A stretch of DNA of 64,000 bases from Macrostomum hystrix (Eukaryota; Animalia; Platyhelminthes): positions 310,001-374,000 of the forward strand of contig CATNEN010000031.1 of the NCBI GenBank assembly GCA_950097015.1, written 5' to 3'. Position 1 is the stretch's first letter; each line of letters opens with the position of its first letter. The notes under the pieces are model-generated. The model ran no database searches, was not told where the DNA came from, and worked only from the letters and a program-made list of their open reading frames with translations. Below are positions 57,441 to 64,000 of this stretch, in pieces. Made by a program: the position numbers and the translations under genes.

Positions 57441-58469
57441 TCATTTTAGTCCCTAGTCTCTACTTCTGTTTCAGTCTAGATACTCTCATTTCAGTCTCTA
57501 TTCTCACTTCAGTATCTACTGTCTCTCTACAATTTTAGTCAATTTTACGCACATCCCGTCTCTCCTCTTCACCCATGGACTCAATTCTCATCAGTCTTAA
57601 TTTTTATCCTCAAACTCTATTCCTTACCCCAACCTGTAATTTCACCAGCAGCAGCTACTTTCTTCATCTTAGCTTTAGTTCGCACACTTTCTACTCGCGC
57701 GCCACCCAGCCTGGATTGCGCAATCAATCTGGACACTTCTCGCCCACTGCGATTGGCAAAGAAAGCATGTTGGGAAATAGCTGCATGAAACAGCTGACAG
57801 TAAGTGGCAGTTGGTGTTTTTAGAAGCGACAAAGCTGAAAAAATCAAGGTGTCAAACCACATCTGGTTTATAATTCCAAGCACACTGGCTCATGCTTTAT
57901 CAACGCACTTCGCCTAGCTATATATACTAGGCCTAGGATAAGTTGAAGATAACAGGCATATCTAAAGACACTGGAAAACATGCAGCAGGCGCAGGTAATT
58001 AAATTAAAAAATTCCCTAATAACAATGAAAGCCGGACACGTCAGCCGTCACAAGACAAGACACGGCGCCTTGGGAATATTATCAATGAAGCTTTCATCTT
58101 TAAAATGAAAATGCTGGAAAAGATGCAGAGAACAACAAGAAATATGACTAGAAGTCACATTAAATACTTCGGTTGTTCAGTAATTGATTAAACATTTGAA
58201 GCACAAGAGACAGGCTTCTAACTAATTATCCAGTCAAAAGGCATGTAGCAGACATCTATAATAATATAGGCATCATGTATCAACAGCCAGCAGCAGCAGC
58301 AGCAGCAAAAGCAACATCATAAGTTGCAAGGACAGGATAAAATAACAACATGAAATTATTGGCAAATGTAATTCAGGGGCCGTCAAGTATACACATAAAT
58401 AAAATAGGAAATCAAATTTTCAAGTGCATCATTATTATTACCATTCGCATTTCCAATCCAGCATTCGAT

Positions 58470-59495
58470 CTACCGCTTCTGCAGCGATTCTAAATATGGC
58501 CTCTGCTGCGATTCCAGCTATGGCTTCTGCTCTGCTGCGATTCCAGCTATGGCTTCTGCTGCGATTCTAGCTATGGCTTCTGCTCTGCTGCGATTCCAGC
58601 TATGGCTTCTGCAGCGATTCTAGATATGGCTTCTGCTGCGATTCTAGATATGGCTTCTGTAGCGATTCTAGATATGGCTTCTGCTGCGATTCTAGCTATG
58701 GCTTCTGCAGCGATTCTAAATATGGCCTCTGCTGCAATTCTAGCTATGGCTTCTGCTCTGCTGCGATTCCAGCTATGGCTTCTGCAGCGATTCTAGCTAT
58801 GGCTTCTGCAGCGATTCTAGCTATGGCTTCTGTAGCGATTCTAGATATGGCTTCTGCAGCGATTCTAGATATGGCTTCTGCAGCGATTCTAGATATGGCT
58901 TCTGCTGCGATTCTAGATATGGCTTCTGTAGCGATTCTAGATATGGCTTCTGCTGCGATTCTAGCTATGGCTTCTGCAGCGATTCTAAATATGGCCTCTG
59001 CTGCAATTCTAGCTATGGCTTCTGCTCTGCTGCGATTCCAGCTATGGCTTCTGCAGCGATTCTAGCTATGGCTTCTGCTGCGATTCTAGATATGGCTTCT
59101 GCTGCGATTCTAGATATGGCTTCTGCAGCGATTCTAGCTATGGCTTCTGCTGCGATTCTAAATATGGCCTCTGCTGCAATTCTAGCTATGGCTTCTGCTC
59201 TGCTGCGATTCCAGCTATGGCTTCTGCAGCGATTCTAGCTATGGCTTCTGCAGCGATTCTAGCTATGGCTTCTGCAGCGATTCTAGCTATGGCTTCTGCA
59301 GCGATTCCAGCTATGGCTTCTGCAGCGATTCTAGCTATGGCTTCTGCAGCGATTCTAAATATGGCCTCTGCTGCAATTCTTGCTATGGCTTCTGCTCTGC
59401 TGCGATTCCAGCTATGGCTTCTGCTCTGCTGCGATTCCAGCTATGGCTTTTGCTGCGATTCTAGATATGGCTTCTGCTGCGATTCTAGATATGGT
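58470..59495. repeat. 24-bp minisatellite with higher-order blocks
   Basis: Unit atggcttctgcagcgattctagct, punctuated by a recurring 29-bp variant. Confidence 0.93.
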
Positions 59496-62134
59496 TTATT
59501 CACAGCAATTTTGCTGTGAATGCGAATCTAACCTTGACTACACATTATTCTACGATTCCTATGAGGTCAACGATTTAAATTAGCTATTCTAATTATAGCA
59601 AGCCTCCTTTGCTTCGTGGTGAGCAAATCCTTCCGAGAAATGCATTTTTTCATGAGAAATGCATAATAAACTTCATTATTGATTGCTCAGCTATTAGACG
59701 TTACTAAAGACAAAAATCACGAAATTGTGTACACTAGACAAGAGAAGATAGATAAGAAAGTATTGAAAGATACTAAATCTCTTGCATTCCGTCACCTTCC
59801 GGATAATTTTACGCTCAAGAATTATCTAGGGGCTTCTTCAACAGTGACGTGTCGTGTCCTCAGCGTGACCCACCCTTCCCTCACCCATCACCCTCGGCGC
59901 CTGGTGCCTCGCCCAAGCAAGCAATTGATTGCGCAACCAGTGTTATCGCCTGCCAGACAGACAGCGAGTCATCCGGCAGTAAGTCAGAATGCCTTCAAAT
60001 GAAGGAAGATAATCTTTCATAAGACCCTTGGGGCACTGCAGGCTGGGTGCATGGAGAGGCAGAGAATAGGAACTTCAGGTCTAGGATTAGTGCGAGGGCG
60101 CAGAGAATCCTGACTGACTGACACAATGGCAAAGACACTTGACGCCATTAAGGCAGAGAGAGAAATACTCGTGTCAAAATTATTCCAACAGAATTCCTAC
60201 TTTCATTTAGTAATTAACGAAAAAGAAACTAACAAGCTAAACACAGTATCTACACCTACAGTGTCAGCTTTGCTAGCTGTGCCCTTAAAAAAGAGAACTA
60301 TGGAATATTACGAGTTTCAATTAATGCTAATGGAGTAGGCATCTAGAGCAATCGAGAAAATTTATTACTAGCTAGCCATCTGCTAGTCTGGCCAACACTT
60401 GGCAGCAGCATTATTCCGAAGCCCAGAGCTGGCATAGCAACAGGCCAAATCTGAGCAAACAGCAGGGGAGGGTTGCAGAGTTAGTCGGCATATTTGCACC
60501 TGGATCTTCGCTACACACCGCATACGTGCATGCAGAAGGCAGCAAAGCCCAGCTCCCGATTAGTATTATAATAAAACCCAAATATGGTAGTTGGTATATC
60601 TGGCAACACGCCAAAAAGCAGGCACAAAAATAGCGTCTTTCATTATTGCCCCCCCTCCGGCTGGTTTTGATTGCCAAATCTTTCAGCTGTGCAGTCTCTT
60701 ATTTGTCTCCGTAGAATTCGAAAATAAAACAAGGCAACAGCAGAGCCTACGCCCTTTAGAAATCCTAGAATTTCCCAAACCTAATGCAGCCTGGCTTTCC
60801 GTATTTATTCCCCATTCTGTGCAGCCCCGCCCACCGGATTCAGAAAGTAGGGCGATACAGTATAGCTCATTGGTGATAAACAAATACAAACTACATGTAG
60901 GTGCCTTCCATAAATACTTGATCCATTGACTAAAAAGTGCCCGTTGGCATTATTACACTAAAGTCTTAATGCGGGCAAATTTAATTATACTGCACCATAC
61001 TAAAGTAGCCAGCAAGCAAAGGTTTTATAGGGCTAACCAAAATTAGCCATGATATAAATCTGCATTTAAGCATTATACAAGTAATAAATTTTGCAAACTG
61101 CGTCTTCAATAAATGTTCTTATGCTTTTAAATAAACTGGCCGTCTAAATTAGGACAAAGAAAGAAAAAGGATAGAGATGAGAAGAACTCCAATCGGGCCG
61201 ATGCTCTCAGTGACTCTGCGGGATTAACTCTGACTTATCGATTGTCTACATGAATTCGAATTCGTGGACGAATCCAGTCGGCAGAAGTGGGATTATTAAC
61301 AATTTCCCACACCGCACCTGCACCTGACATCGATCCATTTATCCCTATTAGAGCCGAACGAGTGAGCACAGTGGTAAAAGAGAATACACACTTTTCTCCC
61401 AGTCCCAATCCAATGACCCAAGGTGACATAAAACTACACAGTCGAGTAGGAGTTCAGGTCAACTTGGGAACCATGGCCCCTTTCAGATGTTGGCTATTTT
61501 TTGGAGAACTAGTAGTTTTTTAAGACAGATTTGTAGAGGAAAATTTTAGCTGGCCACCTTAATCCGATAAATTCCACAGGCAGGAACGGAAAGAGAAGAG
61601 AAGGAATAGCGCGGGAAGGCATTAATAAGTCAAGTGCAAGGGAGGGGGAAGCAGAGTTTGTGTGTGTTTTCATACGGAGATAAGCAAACCAGACATGGGC
61701 GCGCAGCAGGTTGCATGGGCTGCTGCACTGCAGTTACTAGCCATGAAAATATGAAAAATTAGGCTTTCATGTGTGTACGCTGACTCGATATGGGCTCTGG
61801 GTCATATAGGGTCAAATATCAAGAGGGCCGCATGCTGCAGAGGCACTGCAAGACAGAAGAAAATGATTTGGGTTCAAATTTTTATCTGATCTGGATTCGA
61901 CTCACTTTAGGGTGTGAAAACAAACAACTTTTCTTATTACAAGCGTAGGGTCATAGCTTCTAAAGTGCACAGAAAGAGGTAAAGCCAACAGCTTCAGAGA
62001 TCTCCATGGGCAGCTAGGTAAGTCTATTAGGCCTGGATAATAAGCTTACTAGGATCAGTAATTATGATCAAGCCTAAACATGTTAAATAGGGATCAGTGT
62101 TGATATTACCTGATTGGAATCTGACATGAGTTTT

Positions 62135-62886
62135 CATGTTTGGAATCAGGATTGAGCTTTCACGATTGGGATCAGGATTGAGCTCTCACGATTGGGATCA
62201 GGATTGAGCTCTCACGATTGGGATCAGGATTGAGCTCTCACGATTGGGATCAGGATTGAGCTCTCACGATTGGGATCAGGATTGAGCTCTCACGATTCGG
62301 ATCAGGATTGAGTTTTCACGATTGGGATCAGGATTGAGCTTTCACGATTGGGATCAGGATTGAGTTTTCACGATTGGGATCAGAATTGAGCTTTCACGAT
62401 TGGAATCAGAATTGAGATCTCACGATTGGGATCAGGATTGAGCTTTCACGATTGGGATCAGGATTGAGATCTCACGATTGGGATCAGAATTGAGATCTCA
62501 CGATTGGGATCAGAATTGAGCTCTCACGATTGGGATCAGGATTGAGCTCTCACGATTGGAATCAGGATTGAGCTTTCACGATTGGGACCAGGATTGAGTC
62601 TTCACGATTGGGATCAGGATTGAGCTTTCATGATTGGGATCAGGATTGAGTCTTCACGATTGGGATCAGGATTGAGCTTTCACGATTGGGATCAGGATTG
62701 AGTCTTCACGATTGGGATCAGGATTGAGCTTTCACGATTGGAATCAGGATTGAGTTTTCACGATTGGGATCAGGATTGAGCTTTCACGATTGGGATCAGG
62801 ATTGAGTTTTCACGATTGGGATCAGGATTGAGCTTTCACGATTGGGATCAGGATTGAGATCTCACGATTGGGATCAGGATTGAGCT
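62135..62886. repeat. 26-bp minisatellite, block 1, ~29 copies
   Basis: Unit gggatcaggattgagctttcacgatt. Confidence 0.93.
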
Positions 62887-62979
62887 TTTGCAACTATTTT
62901 ATAGCCGATGTATCTGATGCTTATGACAGAACGCGGAACAACAACTGACAGTCTGACAGCTGACACTTCAGCAAAACCC

Positions 62980-63170
62980 GTTTTGACACCTCAGCTGACA
63001 TTATGTTTGACACCTCAGCTGACATTATTTTTGACACCTCAGCAGATGTTTATTTTGACACCTCAGCAGATGTTTATTTTGACACCCCAGCAGGTGTTTA
63101 TTTTGACACCTCAGCAGATGTTTATTTTGACACCTCAGCAGGTGTTTATTTTGACGCCAGGGCTGACGTT
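62980..63170. repeat. 24-bp degenerate tandem repeat, ~7 copies
   Basis: Unit ttttgacacctcagcagatgttta. Confidence 0.8.
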
Positions 63171-63679
63171 CTTTTTTGCAACTGAGCTCACGCTCTTTTT
63201 TCACGCCAGAGCTGACATTTATTTGAAAATTACAGCCGTCATTCCTTTTGACACCACAGCTGTCGTTCTGTCTGGCACCTGAACTGGTGTTCGTTTTGAC
63301 ACATGAGCTGATATTCCTTTTGACACCAAAATTGCTGTTTCTTTTCTGACAACAGGTCTGACACCCAATCTGACATTCATTCTGACAGTCGAGTTGATAA
63401 TTCTATTTTTGGCATTCGAACTATCGCTCCTAGTGAAATCCTAGGGATGTTGACAACCTAGCTGAACAAATATCTGATAAACTCCTTGGAACGAGTGACA
63501 ATTCGATCACCAAACCCATTCGCCCAACTAAAAGACTATATACCCCACCGTCTGCTTAACTGAAATATCCAAGACAGCTGCGTCACCCTGTGTCCATCCT
63601 TTGGCTAGGACGTAGTAATAAGGACAAAGCACTTTGGAGAAGAAACAGAAATCTGTCAAAACTTTGCTTTGCAAAACAG

Positions 63680-64000
63680 AGCTTTCACGATTGGAATCAG
63701 AATTGAGCTTTCACGATTGGGATCAGGATTGAGCTCTCACGATTGGGATCAGGATTGAGCTCTCACGATTGGGATCAGGATTGAGATCTCACGATTGGGA
63801 TCAGGATTGAGCTCTCACGATTGGGATCAGGATTGAGATCTCACGATTGGGATCAGAATTGAGCTCTCACGATTGGGATCAGGATTGAGCTCTCACGATT
63901 GGAATCAGGATTGAGCTTTCACGATTGGGACCAGGATTGAGTCTTCACGATTGGGATCAGGATTGAGCTTTCATGATTGGGATCAGGATTGAGTCTTCAC
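63680..64000. repeat. 26-bp minisatellite, block 2, same family as 62135-62886, cut by the window end
   Basis: Same unit and same order of variant monomers as block 1. Confidence 0.93.

Noticed and set aside
55605-57449. 614-aa and related periodic ORFs
   Set aside because: Read-through of the 18-bp array.

Overview
Eukaryotic (metazoan) genomic DNA: GC-rich exons with GT-AG introns, AT-rich spacers and about 25 unrelated minisatellite arrays. The style suggests a flatworm such as Macrostomum, but that is inference only. Eight spliced or single-exon genes can be modelled by hand, each with a CDS length divisible by 3: FAAH2-like amidase (+), ALKBH6 (+), CCDC181 (-), an intronless Rac/Cdc42-like Rho GTPase (-), a Bari/BarH-type NK-like homeobox gene (-), a CRAL-TRIO/alpha-TTP-like gene (-), a 10-exon gene that appears to join CARD, TPR-like repeats, a Lys/Ser-rich region and a C-terminal non-prenylated Rab domain (+), and APC (-). 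There are also two orphan ORFs, a tRNA-headed CORE-type SINE and a decayed LINE 3' end. Most long ORFs in the supplied track are read-throughs of non-coding minisatellites. The best novelty candidate is the ~1360-aa CARD-TPR-Rab 'large Rab' fusion at 30874-37445. Other candidates are a 48-bp coding VNTR and a 7-motif SxIP cluster in APC, and start codons that may be supplied by a trans-spliced leader. All homology calls are from recalled family motifs; no searches were run.
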